DNA from: Amoebophrya sp. A120
Taxonomy: Eukaryota > Protista > Dinoflagellata
Length of the DNA stretch: 64,000 nucleotides
Direction of reading: 5' to 3'
NCBI GenBank assembly: GCA_905178155.1
Contig: CAJINV010000004.1
Location: 628,629 to 692,628 of the forward strand
The position numbers and the translations under genes are program-made. Below, in pieces: positions 47,257 to 59,121 of the stretch (positions are counted from its first letter, which is position 1; each line of letters starts with the position of its first letter). The notes beneath the pieces were generated by a model. The model did not search any database. It was not told the DNA's origin and was given only the letters and a program-made list of their open reading frames with translations.

Positions 47257-49200
47257 GGCCTCAGGCCCCCCCTCAGGCCCCCCCTTAGGCCCCCCCTCAG
47301 GCCCCCCCTCGACCCCTAAGGCCCCCCCTGAGGCCCCCCCTCAGGCCCCCCCTCAGGCCAAAAAAGGCCCCCCCTAAGGCCCCCCCTGAGGCCCCCCCTG
47401 GGGCCCCCCCTTTTGCCCAAAGGGGGGGGGTTAGGCCCCCCCTTAGGCCCCCCCTTTTTTTCGTGTTCGCAGACGCCCAGAGCCAAAAAAGGCCCCCCCT
47501 AAGGCCCCCCCTGAGGCCCCCCCTAAGGCCCCCCCTGAGGCCCCCCCTTTGGCCCTCGCTCCCTCGGGCCTTCTGCCCTGAGGCTTTGCTTGCTTTGCTT
47601 GAAGGGCTGCCAAGCGAGCCCCGGCGCCGGCACATGCCCGAGCCTGGGGCCCCCCGCAAAGCCCCCCCGAACAGAAGCCCTGCGGCCCCCCGGAGGCCGC
47701 CCCGGAGGCCCCCCCTCGCCCTGCCCAGGCCCCCCCTTTGGCCAGCCCGGAAGGGCCCTCGTGTTTTCTGCCCTGAAGCTTTGCTTGCTTTGCGGGAAGG
47801 CCCGCCAAGCGAGCCCCGGCGCCGGCCAATGCCCGAGCCTGTGGCCCTATTGACAGCCCTGAGGCCCCCCCTAAGGCCCCCCCTGAGGCCCCCCCTAAGG
47901 CCCCCCCTAAGGCCCCCCCTAAGGCCCCCCCTGAGGCCCCCCCTGAGGCCCCCCCTTTGGGCAGCCCGGCAGGGCCCTCACCCCCTCGGGCCTTCTGCCC
48001 TGGTGCTTTGCTCGCTTTGCTTGAAGGCCTGCCAGGCGAGCCCCGGCGCCGCCACATTCCCGAGCCAGCCCGAGGCCCCCCGCCCGCAAAGCCCCCCCGA
48101 GCCGAAGCCTTGAGGCCGCCCCGGAGGCCCCCCCTAAAGCCCCCCCCTTTGGCCAACCCGGAAGGGCCCTCGTGTCTTCTGCCCTGAAGCTTTGTTCGCT
48201 TTGCGTGAAGGCCCGCCAAGCGGGCCCCGGCGCCGGAAAATGCCCGAGCGGGCGGCCCTATTGACAGCCCGGGGGCCCCGCCAAAGGCCCCCCTAGGGCC
48301 CCCCTTGAGGCCCCCCCTTTGGCCAGCCCGGAACCCCTCGCGCCCTCGGGCCTTCTGCCCTGAAGCTTCCCTCTGCTTGAAGGCCTGCCAAGCGAGCCCC
48401 GGCGCCGGCTCAATCATGCTTGAGCCGGAGGCCCCCCGCAAAACCCCCCCGATGGAACAGAAGCCCTGCGGCCCCCCTGCGGCCGCCCCGAAGGCCCCCC
48501 CCCGCCCGGCCGAGGCCCCCCCCTCTGGCCAGCCCGGAAGGGCCCTCCCTGTCTCGCTCCCTCGGGCCTTCTGCCCTGGAACTTTGCTTGCTTTGCTTGA
48601 GGGCCCGCCAAGCGAGCCCCGGCGCCGGCAAACGCCCGAGCCTGAGGCCCTCATGACAGCCCGGAGACCCCCCCTAAGGCCCCCCCGAAGGCCCCCCCGG
48701 AGGCCCCCCCCGAGGTCCCCCCCGGAGGCCCCCCTAAGGCCCGCCCGGAAGGGCCCTCGCTCACTCGGGCCTTCTGCCCTGACGCTTTGCTTGCTTTGCT
48801 TGAAGGCCCGCAGAGCGAGCCCCGGCGCCGGCAGATGCCCGGGCCTGAGGCCCCCCGCGAGGCCCGCCCGAACAGAAGCCCCGGGGGCCCCCCCGACCGA
48901 GGCCCCCCCCATTGGCCGGGCCGGGCGGGCCCTCGCTCCCTCTCCCGGGCTTTCTGCCCTGAGCCTTTGCTTGCTTTGCGTGAAGGCCCGCCAAGCAAGC
49001 CCCTGCGCCGGCCAATGCCCGAGCCTGAGGCCCTACCGGCAGCCCTGCGGCCCCCGGGGGGAAGGCCGCCCCGGAGGCCCCCTCTAAGGCCCCCCCTTTG
49101 GCTAGCCCGGAAGGGACCTCGCTCCCCCGGGCCTTCTGCCCTGGAGCTTTGCCTGCTTTGCTTGAAGGCCCGCCAAGCGAGCCCCGGCGCCGGCTTCTTT
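47257..49200. repeat. Complex GC-rich satellite (~190-220-bp higher-order unit with (RAGGCCCCCCCT)n)
   Basis: Core ttctgccctg..tttgcttgctttgc..gaagg..ccaagcgagccccggcgccgg recurs about 9 times (47568-49190); G6-7 runs on the minus strand. Confidence 0.85.
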
Positions 49201-50389
49201 TGCGTAGTTGCTGGGCGGAGGGGCGCCAAAAGATATTTCTGCTTTTCTTTTGCGTTGGCACACGGCCAGAACGAAGCCCAACCACTTCGGCCCGCCCGTC
49301 CCTTGCCTTGGTGCGTTTTTACTCGGCCGCCGCCCCTCCATCGCCCGGCCCCCCCCATCGATCGTCATCCCGCGGCTGACGCCTTCGATAGATTAGCGCG
49401 CGCATGATCGGGCGCAGCAACTGAAGTCCCCACGCCCCGGAGGTGTTCTGGGTGTAGAAATAGGGCCGGGCCACCACAATACGAACGCAAAAGCCCGGCG
49501 AATGTCTGCACCACGACACTCACTTGCCCCATCGCCGGGGCCGCATGATCAGCGGGGCCGCTTCGCAGTGTTGTTAGGTAGTTTATCACGCACCGGAGAC
49601 GGCGCCTCGACTTGCCTGAGCCTTTGGGTCGCCACATTTCCGCTCCGCTTCCGCTGTGCAGGTGTCAGAAGGCCTGTCGGCTTCTTACTTCAGAGCTGGC
49701 AGGCAGCTGCTCTGTGTGTACCCGAGGCGCCTTTCTGCTTTCTGTCTACAGCTGCTGCCCCTACAACTTTATGTAGCGCGCGCACTGATCTCCTGTCGCG
49801 CTACTCTTCCTGAGCGCTACCCCTGCCCCGCCCTTCCTCCTTCTTACAAAAGAAAACGCCTAATTGGCGGGCGATTCGAACTTTTCCAAAGCTTTTCATT
49901 TGACTTTTCAGGATTTCAGGGTATTGAAAACGATTTGATAAAGCGAGTCAGAACGAAAAAACGCAACGAAGACACTCCAAGTAGCGACAGAACAGGGGCG
50001 CCTGCGAGGTCTTGGGCGCCGACGCCTCCTCTTGTCCCGCGGGTGATCGGCGAAGCCCGAGCGGCCGCCTTTCCACCCGCCGAGGCGTGCGCGCGCGCCG
50101 GGCACCCGCCGACCGCACCCAGCCAACGGCTGCCGGCGCGGGCGCCCTAAAGAAAAAGACCATGACCGCCCATCGCACCCACCCTCCCACCCGCCCCCCC
50201 CCAGGCCCGGAAGGCCTACCCGGGAACGGACTAGGAGGAGGGCTACCGACACAGGGAAGGGGGCCGGTCCGCCAGACCCTAAACCCGACGCAACCGGGCA
50301 CCGGGCAGCACGCGCCCTCGCCAAAAAACGCGCGCGCCCAAGCCTCACAAACACCGCGAACCGCGGCGCCCGCCCGCGCCTCCCGCCGC

Positions 50390-51148
50390 CGGCGGGCCGC
50401 CACCGCGAAACGGCCCGACCCTGGCAGCTTTCTTAATGCAAAGCAACCACCGGCCAAAAGCTGCCGGCGGTGAGTGCTGCTGTTTCGCGCTTTTCCACAT
50501 GAGGAAGATCAAAGCGCGCCAGCCTGTTGGGCTTTGTTTGACTTCAACGAACCGCCGGCGCCGGGTTCTATCGGTCGCCGGCTGATAATACTCTCGACAC
50601 AGGAGGGCCGACAAAGAAAAGGGGCACCCCGCTGAGGCGCCGGCCGCGTGGGGTTCTGGCGATTTGGGGCGCGCAAAAGAGCGCCCCAAAAAACTCGCGG
50701 CAAATCAGAAAAGCGAAGCCACACGACAGGGCCGGGGCTCCGTTCGGAGCATTTGGCCGGCCGCGAAAGCGGCCGCCACCTTTTCGCCGGTTTCTATGTG
50801 GCGGAAGCTTTGCAAAGGGTGCCGGCGCGCAAAGAAAAAACACAGAAAAGCAAAAGCGCGCGAGGCCAATCCCCATGCCATGGGACCGGCTTGCCTTCGG
50901 TTTCAGGGCGCTCCACCGCGGCGCCCGGATCGGCCCCATACCGCCAGGGGTAGCTTTCGGACAGGGGTTCTGAAAATTTGGCAAAGAAGTGCCATGCTTT
51001 CCAAAAGACGGCCAAGCCACACGGCATGGCCATACCAAAAGCGGCACGGGGGGGCCCAGAAAAAGGACGCAGTGGCTGGCCAGGGCAACGGTCGGCGGGC
51101 AAGGCAGCCAGCGGCACCGACCTCACCACCTCCGCCACGGAGGCTATA
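50390..51148 (+). mobile_element. Diverged HINE-like copy
   Basis: Homologous to 5714-6523 (ttctatcggtcgccg, gatttggggcgc); 3' end gacctcaccac + cctccg-cca-cggagg + ctatattt; 5' boundary approximate. Confidence 0.55.
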
Positions 51149-52269
51149 TTTGGCACGCTGGGCACACGCAGCAGCGGCTTACCGTCCGACAGCCCCACAC
51201 GTAGCAAGCAAACAGGCCCCGAGGGTAACTAAGCTCCCACGACGCCCCCTCCGCTACGTCGCACGCAGGGGCGCAGTTCCGCCCGTGCACCAACCACATC
51301 GCCCGGCGCCCCAACATGACTCGCCCCGCCCGAAACGGTGTCGAGCGTGCCATGCGGTCCGACGTCGGACCGCACGGTATGCTTGTCAGAAAAGCAAAAC
51401 AGCAAAGGCACAGGCGCCCTGGCTGACCAGATAGAGACGAAACGGATCGCCCAATCCCGGCCCACAGGGTGGGGCGCAGGGCGAGCGAAGGGCGAGACGA
51501 GCGATGGGTGGCAATCGGGCCGCCGGCACGTAGGAAGTAGACCCGCGGCGGCGCCGCCCGGTATTCCAGGCGCGCAGGCAGGCCGGCGGGGCCCAACATG
51601 CAGGCGCCCCCCCATATCAGAGGGTGGGAGGCCCCCAGGCAGGCCGGCTCCGGCCGGCTGGCGCCTGGCGGATGCGGGCGGCGGAATCGCTTCGGCACCC
51701 CAATAACACGCCTCCCCCGCCCGGGCTCGGCAGTGCGCCGGCGCCACGCCCGCGCGGCTGCTGCCGGCCGGCACATTGTGGCCCCGGTCTAGGTCGGTCG
51801 CGGGCGGGGGGGCGAAGGAATGGCGCGGCCGGGCCGGGTGTTCCTTCCGTCTATGGGTTTGGGCAAACCGACGCCAACTCCAGCGGCGCCCGGGCCCCCA
51901 AGAGCCCGCCGGCCGCCGCAAGTGTGGAGCACGCGGAGCGCATGCCCCGAACGCGCCCCGAACGACGCAACGCGCCAAGTTCAGGGGGTCGGTAGCAAAC
52001 GCCGAAGCCCGGGCGCCCTCTCTTGGTTCGCAGCAAGCTACACGCGCACCGGCGCCCCCGGGGCGTGAATCCGCTGCCCGGTGGCGCATGCGACAACGTA
52101 GCGCCGCCCGCCCGCCGGGGCGGGGCCGGCCGCTTGCCTGGCTACGCCCGTGCGCAATAACCGCAGGCGTGCCTGCCGGGGGGCTGTGCCTGCCTCTTTT
52201 CGGGCGCAAGGCAGCCGCCCGAGGGCGGCCCGGCTGGCGGGCAGGAACAAAGGGCAGGCGCCGGGCGGC

Positions 52270-52530
52270 GAAGCTTTTCCGCCCCTCTACCGAAAACTCT
52301 GCCGGAAACTTTGCCGAGAACTTGCCGAAAACTTTCCCCCGAACTTTCCCGAAAAGTCGGCGAAAACCTTCCGCGAAACCTTCCCGAAAAATTCTCCCGT
52401 TTAAAAGTCGACCAAAAGTTACAGACCGGGAGTTGAAAAGTCAACCAAAAGTTTTCGAGTCCAAAAATGATCCCGAAGCGGGAAAGTTCGGGGGAAAGTT
52501 TTCGGCAAGTTTTCGGCAGGCTTTCGGCAC
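52270..52530. repeat. CCGAAAACT / AGTTTTCGG motif array arranged as a fold-back
   Basis: Motif polarity flips around 52410-52450. Confidence 0.55.
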
Positions 52531-53032
52531 TCAGGCAGAAGATTTCGTCGCGCCCTCAAAAGCCGAAAAGCCGGAAGGCTTGCACATCCGCCAGGCTTGC
52601 GAAGAATCCCGCTGCCCCCCCCCTTTTCTACATGGCTGAGGCGGCCTCCCCGAAAATGGGGACAGAGCCTCCTGGGCGAACTTATTGCGCGCGCCGGCGC
52701 GGCAACATGTGAGTGGCGCCCCGCGCGCGCCCCTGCTGCGCCGGCGCCCTTTCTACTCGCGAAAAGCCGGCCGCGCAAGGCCGCCGCGACCGAGGCGGAG
52801 CACTCTGGAGCGGCGGCATGGTCTCGCCGCTTTGTATGTATGTAAGTGCGGGGGGCCGGCGAATATGAAAGAGAAAGGGGCAGGCCGGACGGCCTCTAGC
52901 TAACGCCCAAAGAAGGGCGCCACGCAAAAACGTGAGGCGCGGGCAGCTCCACCGAAGCGCGCCACGCCATGCGGCCCGAACGTGCGAGGCCGGGCCGCGC
53001 GGCGTGCTGCGCGCCTACTTCAATGCGCCAAA

Positions 53033-53805
53033 TATAGCCGCCGGGGCGGAGATAATGAGGCCGGCGCCGCTTCTTTGCCCGCCGACCTTGGCCCACGCCA
53101 CTTTTTTGTTTTTTCTGGGCCCGCCGTGCCGGGGTGGGTAAGGTTATGCCGCACGGTATGGCGGCCGGTTGGGGAAAATGGCAGACATTGGGCAACTTGC
53201 CAAAACGCCTTCCCGAAAGCCAACCCCGATGCTATCGGGCCGACCCGGGCACCGCGGGGGGCGCCCAAAAACCGAAGGAAAAGCGGGCCCATAGAATGCG
53301 GGCTGGCTTCGCGCGCTTGGCGCGTTTCTTCTTTTTTGCGTTGTTTATTATTTTTCGCGCCCGCGCCTTTTGCAAAGCTAGCGCCCCCCCGCTGAGAACC
53401 CGGCAAAAGGGCGGCCGCTTTCGATTCGCGACCGGTTTCGCGGCCCTGCCATACGGCTTCGCTGTTCTGGCTTCGGGCGGGTTTTTTGGGGCGCCCTTTT
53501 GGGCGCCCCAAGTCGCGCGCCAGAATCGCACGCGGCCGGCGCCTGAGAAGGGTGCCACGTTTGCCGACCCCCCTACGTCATTTTTTCAGACAGTCTTTCC
53601 CCCGGCGGCCGACTGAGCCCACCGGCGACTGCATTCATTGAAGTAAGACAAAACCAAATAGGCGGGCGCGCTTGGGTTTTTTTCATCTTCAACATGCGAA
53701 AAAACGCGAGCCAACGCCCCAAGCCCCCGGCCGTTTTTGGCGGTTCTTGTCGGGAAAGCTGCAGAGATACAGCCGGCCCACGGGGTCGCTGCGGTACATC
53801 CTACA
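53033..53805 (-). mobile_element. Diverged HINE-like copy, inverted
   Basis: Reverse complement ends ggcctcattatctccgccccggcggctatattt; body homologous to 50560-51148; 5' boundary approximate. Confidence 0.55.
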
Positions 53806-54053
53806 AGAGAAGGCAAACCACCCAGGCACGCAGGCTCGTGCTGGAGGGCAACATACCAGAGGGGCCACGGGGCCCCCGCCCGCCGGCTCGCTTGTGGGGC
53901 GGGCCACCCGGGGGAGTTGCGTTATCCATTTCCTGAACCAAAGAACACCCCACCGGGGAAGCCCACCCAACCGGGGGAGGTCGGCCCCACATCGCGACGC
54001 GATGCCGCACGCACGGACGGCCTGGCGCGTGAGGCTGGCCCACCATCGCGCAC

Positions 54054-54089
54054 CATACCATGCGGTCCGACGTCGGACCGCATGGTATG
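54054..54089. repeat. Perfect 36-bp palindrome
   Basis: cataccatgcggtccgac|gtcggaccgcatggtatg; the 22-bp core is also at 51353-51374. Confidence 0.95.
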
Positions 54090-55049
54090 CTGCCTCTTTG
54101 CTTCTCTCGTTCAAGCAGGCGAAGCAGAATAGACGGGCAACCGAAAAAGACAGGTGGCGCCACCACAGCGCGCCACAGACCCATATCACGCGCCGGCCAT
54201 CGGGGTGGCCCCCCGACCGCAGGCCCTTGACACTTCTGCCACCGCTAGCGAGACGAGCGGAGGAACCGCCTCTGCCCGTTGGTTGCAAAAGGGGGGCGCC
54301 TTTGGCGCGCGCTTCGGTCGCGTCGCGTAACCGCGGAAAGGCGGGCAGGAAACAGACTGCCGGGGCGCGACAGCCTCTATTTTGTAAGAATGGGCAAGCG
54401 GCGGGCCAGAATGTAGGGGGCCGAAGGTACGTAGGACAGGCAGCGCGCGGCCGGCGTGCCATCCAAGACACCGCGGCGGGGCGGCGCGCCCATTCGGTTT
54501 CGGGCCCTGGCAGTGGCAGCCAGTGCCATTGCTTATTTAAAAGGCGCTCAGGGCGAAGAGGGCCGACGCGCCCCGGCATTTCCGAAGCGCGAGGCGGCGA
54601 TCAACATCCGGGCGAATACTGAAAGGCCAAAGGCCAGCGCCCGCGCACCACTTCAAAAGGTGCACAAAATGCGCACAGGGCCCCACAGCGCTCGCGAATA
54701 ATCGCGAACAACCGACCACGGAGGCGCTGCCCGTCCGATGCGCGGCGGGTGGCATTTCCCGCAGCCTGCTTGGAGGCGTCGATCAAAATGGGAGGCAGCT
54801 GGCGGGCACACGCCGCGGCGAAGAGGTGCCGCCCTTTCATGCTCTGCCACTCCCAAAGTGCGGACTTACCAGCAACAGGCAGCACGGTCCAAACAATTTT
54901 CGCAAAGCATGGATTGCCGACGATCAAAATAGCGACTTTGCCAAAAGTCAAAGTAAAAGTTTTGGAAAAGTCGCTATCCCTTTCCAATTAGGCGTTTTCC
55001 TTTGTAACCTTCCCAGGAAGCCCAGCCCAACAATCCTAATGATCATGCT

Positions 55050-55830
55050 TATGCAAAAAAATCAAGTTCAAGAAAGGGTCGCCCTTCAGGGCGACCCATT
55101 TTCTTGTATAAATATAGATCCGATCCGAGATTATCTTCCTGTCATTCATTCTCTCATCTTTTTCTTTTTCCATATCGAATCCCATCGGAAATTCGAATTC
55201 GGAAAACATCATATTTATTCATATTTTTTTCGAATGTAATTGGGAATCGAATTATCCTGATCATATCTAGAAATTATGCGAGAATTTCCAGATTCTGATC
55301 GAAAATCTAAATTCATTGATAGAAATTAAAATTGATAAAGAGGAAATCATTCCATCATGAATCGGATAGATGGATCTTTACAATTAATCTATGGATTTTT
55401 CATTTTATCAAATTATCCCGAACAGATCGATTTCATGGGATTTCCAGAACATTATGATCTCGAACTCATAGAAATCATGAATTGAATCGATTATCTACAT
55501 TTTTTTTTCTGATTATTAATTTTCAGAATAATCTCATGAAACATACCCAGACATGAACCGAAAGAAAGAAAGAAATTATCGATTTCTTCTGCTCTTGATT
55601 TCGATTTTTCTGATTTATACTCATTTTATCAAATGAGAAATAGATGATTAGATTCCAATTTCGAAAGAGAATCGATTGATATTTTTATGGTCGAGAATCT
55701 ATCGGTAAGAATTGGTTGGTGCAAATGGAAAGAATCAATTGAATTCCTAAATATGATATTCTTTTATCGATATCAATTCAGATCCCCATGAAAGATTCTG
55801 TTTCATCGACATACAAAATTTTCGAGGATT
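55050..55830. repeat. AT-rich GAATC/GATTC-rich low-complexity block with GC hairpin at 55076-55097
   Basis: Composition as 46500-47243; hairpin gggtcgccct-tc-agggcgaccc. Confidence 0.5.
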
Positions 55831-56565
55831 CAACACAAGACCTCCAAACACCACCTACCAACATGTCGCTCGGTCATAGTTTATTTCAATTTGTGTAGTG
55901 TAGTGCATTTTCTTATGGGTAAAGATTGAGAGCAAACTTCAACAATTATTGCCAAATCAAATTCAAAACTGAAACAAGAACCAAGATGTAGTTGCCAATA
56001 GTTCTACCCTGGTGTCTCTGTCTGTTGAAAAAAATACAGCATTGCCTTCGCCAACATCGGAGAATCAATTCCTGGACATACTTTTTTGGTTGTCTTTGTT
56101 TTTGATCTATTGTTCTGTACTCTATCGTTTTTTCTGAGTATTTCTTGAAATCTCAGCCGCTCAAGCTTTCCGTTGTTCTTTCTTTTTGCGATACACGTTC
56201 CAATCTCTTCATGTAGCCCTGTTTCTACGTATTTTACCTTTTTTAGGCCTATATTAATGCCTAGGCGTATCTTCATCTCGATTTGCTTCCATTTCATCTT
56301 TTATGAAAATGCACATTTCCCCATCCCCTCGCCTCCTCCTGAAGTGCGAATGCAGAACGCGAAAGATGAGAGCAGCACACCAACTCTTGATGCGTCGAAA
56401 CACTGTTTGCATAACAAATTGTGGAACCGCCTGAAACCATATGCAGATTTGTCATCGGGACAGCCCATTTCTGCCGTTGTCTGTGTTGCGGTTCGTCATG
56501 CCCTTCTTCAAATGAGGCGCGGGACGAGCACGAGGGGTATGAGTTCGTGCTTTTTCATATAATTT

Positions 56566-59121
56566 TTACTTCTTGGTCAAAGCCACGGCCCGGTTCCTGC
56601 GAGAGTACCAAGTCCGCCGCTGCGCTTCCAGTTTCTCGATCTTGTCCTGATGCAGCTTCAAACACGGCCTGCACATCGATTTTTCCGCCGTTGCCGCGCC
56701 ACAGGTGCAGTAGGTTAAGTCCCCGATCTGATGCCGCAAAGTCGCCAACTGTTGGTTTATGGAAGTAGTGTCAGGCTTGAAAGTTGAAATTGACCAAGTT
56801 GAAAAAGTTTATCATGCTTCAAATGCTATTTTGTCATGCGACGCTTAGATGATTGCGATTCATTTAAGATGAAACTGGGCAGCTTACAAGCGGTATCGAC
56901 TTTATGCGTTGCCAACTATTTCAACTTTGTCCTCGATTATTTCGATCCTGACACTTTCATATGGTTGATGTTTTCGATCTCCGAGTCTTCCTTGGTTTTC
57001 AGTTTCGCCGCCGCGATCGTCAGATGTTTGTTCGGACAGATGAGCACGTACTCCGAGTGTCGCAGCGACAAAACCCGCGGGCGCTGGGACAGGGCGTTCG
57101 GGCCCACAGAGGCGGAGATCAGAGACAGGGCGGAGGAGCTGCTAGTACCCGTCTTGTTTTTGATCTCATCGTCCTTGCTCGCCGTTTTGTTTTGCTTCAT
57201 CATCATGATTTCCTTATACTTCTTATCACACCAAAAAGTGTTAACGTTAATAGAGTTTGGCAATTAGGCGTGCACGAGAAATGACGTCCAAATTTGTATT
57301 GCATCCATAGCATGCATGGTAGCGAAAATTTGTCATGCATGACTGCAATGCCCAAATAAAGCCGTTCATGTTAACACTATTTCCTGTGATACTTCTCGAC
57401 ATTCGACTTGTTGCCCTTCGTGTTCTATTGAGAGGAAAAATCCCCCCTCCCCATATCGAAAAGGTATCTTTCCGAAAATTTGTGTTGCTGATTTGAGGTC
57501 ACAAATCACATTTGTCTTGCAAGAAGACAAGGGCAGAAGCTTCCGCCCCATTATGGATGCGATTTGTCATGCTGTTGCGCCTAAAGGTCAGCCGTTTGCA
57601 ATGCTGACCAACTAGATCCATACGCCCCTCCCTAGCCCGGGGATCTGGCCGCAATGCTTTCCTGCAATACAAATCTGATTTGTGTGCGCAAATCCAGCAT
57701 CACAGATTTCCTTTTTGATATGGGGAGGGGGGATTTTTCCTTTTGATATGTTCACCGACAGTTGGTCTTCTTCTTGCAAGTTGGAGGAGAACATAGTCGA
57801 CAGGGAGTTCTTCGGCGCCGCCAGCTTCGACATGTTCTTGTTTCCGCCCTTGTTCGGCGTGTTTGCGGCACTGTTGCTCTTGCTTTTATGAACGGTAAAA
57901 ATGTCTGGGTCTGGAAGAATCCAACTTGTAATGCGTATTTCAGAACACAGGAAAGTCTCTCATGCAAACGTAGCAAAAGCTGCCCACCTTCTGTCACTAA
58001 AGTCAGGGATTTGTCATGCGGGTTCGGCATTGCGGAAGCTTCTCGAAACCTGTGATGCTAGAGCTTCCATGCCAGACCTTCTGTGTCATGCAAAAACAGC
58101 ATGACTCTTCCAGACCCAGACATTTTTACAATCCATAGCTTTTGCTCACGGACAATCGTCGGGGCTTGTAGATGGATTGCTTCTCGTCTTCTTGGCCACC
58201 TGCTCCCAACATCGCCGCGAGAAACACATCTTCCTGTTTGTTCTATGGCCCGCTCAGGTGCTAAAATCTCAACACAAGAAGTGATACAACTTACAACAAC
58301 AATGGAGAGCAGCGCGAGGGAGAGGGTTCATGATCCAAAATTTTAGCATGATACGGCTCTGGTGGTCAGTCTGCGCCTGCTCTCACTGGAATCATAATTT
58401 CGCATGACAAGAAGTTCTGGAGCATCAAATATCAATCCTAGAACCCGGCGAGGTTTGCGTTGCGAAAAGCGCAAGGCTTTTTATGGCCCTAGTGCGTTTA
58501 TTCATGCAAGACAAAGTCCAGCTCCAGAGTTTATTGTACTTCGCAAACTACAATCGGAGAAAGTCAAAAATGTAGCACCTGAGCAGGTCGTATGTTCAGC
58601 ATGTTGCTTTTCTTCCTGCCCATCACCGCGCTGTCCTTGGTATCGCGCGCAAATATGTTGTCGGGGTCTTGGAATTTGTGATGCTAGTACATCATGAGTG
58701 ACGAACTTCTGACTCTACTACGCAGCCACGCATGAGAAACTTCTCTACTGCTGTTCTAGTGCTGTAGTTAGTTTAGGTCGAGCGCGCATGAGCAGGAACT
58801 GCGCGCCGTCGCTTGCATAGCGCTATTTATTTCGCAACATGCAGGAGTACAGCTGTGATGTCGAGGAGAGGTGGCACTTTGTTCTGCGCGAGTTCAGCAT
58901 GACGAGTCCTCTGGCACCCTCCCAGACCCCGACAGTATTTATGGCAATGCGTACTTGGGAGTTTTCTCGAACAAGGGCGGCTTGACCACTTGCTTCTGCT
59001 GTTGGAAAGCGTTCGGCTTGGGCTTGGCCGCCATCTTGGAGATGTAATTCCCCGCTTGGATTTTCGGGCCCTGTTTGCCGCCGTTCTTCTTCTTGACCGG
59101 AGAAACGGAAGAAGACATCAT
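56566..59121 (-). CDS. Hypothetical protein, 7 exons; Lys/Ser-rich N-terminus and C-terminal CxC..CxxC cluster
   Basis: Six introners, all with perfect DRs; removal gives one frame from MMSSSVSPVKKK to YCTCGAATAEKSMCRPCLKLHQ..ALTKK*; C-terminal half is conserved in the adjacent paralog. Confidence 0.85.
56758..56961. mobile_element. Introner shared with the paralog
   Basis: tatggaagtagtgtcagg / cctgacactttcata; perfect DR tggtt. Confidence 0.9.
57224..57391. mobile_element. Introner absent from the paralog
   Basis: tatcaca..agtgttaac / gttaacact..tgtgata; perfect DR cttct. Confidence 0.92.
57426..57748. mobile_element. Introner, family B
   Basis: TAT..ATA; perfect DR tgttc. Confidence 0.92.
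57887..58137. mobile_element. Introner, family A
   Basis: TAT..ATA; perfect DR gcttt. Confidence 0.92.
58244..58592. mobile_element. Introner (distinct TIR)
   Basis: tatggcccgctcaggtgcta / tagcacctgagcaggtcgta; perfect DR tgttc. Confidence 0.88.
58641..58953. mobile_element. Introner, family A-like
   Basis: TAT..GTA; perfect DR cttgg. Confidence 0.88.

Larger units (their letters stand above)
49844..55007. mobile_element. 5.16-kb non-autonomous TIR DNA element with 5-bp TSD
   Basis: TIRs of ~65 bp (first 24 nt match 23/24: ttacaaaagaaaacgcctaattgg / ccaattaggcgttttcctttgtaa); perfect flanking ccttc (49839-43 / 55008-12). Confidence 0.85.

Noticed and set aside
47297-54622. Long G/A/P/R-rich ORFs up to 489 aa
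   Set aside because: Translations of GC-rich satellite and decayed repeats; overlapping in all frames with no domain motifs.
1621-58104. Recurrent peptides MSGSG, NVWVWK, PDPDIF and FQTQT as a repeated protein domain
   Set aside because: They are different frames of the family A TIR (ATGTCTGGGTCTGGAA), not protein.
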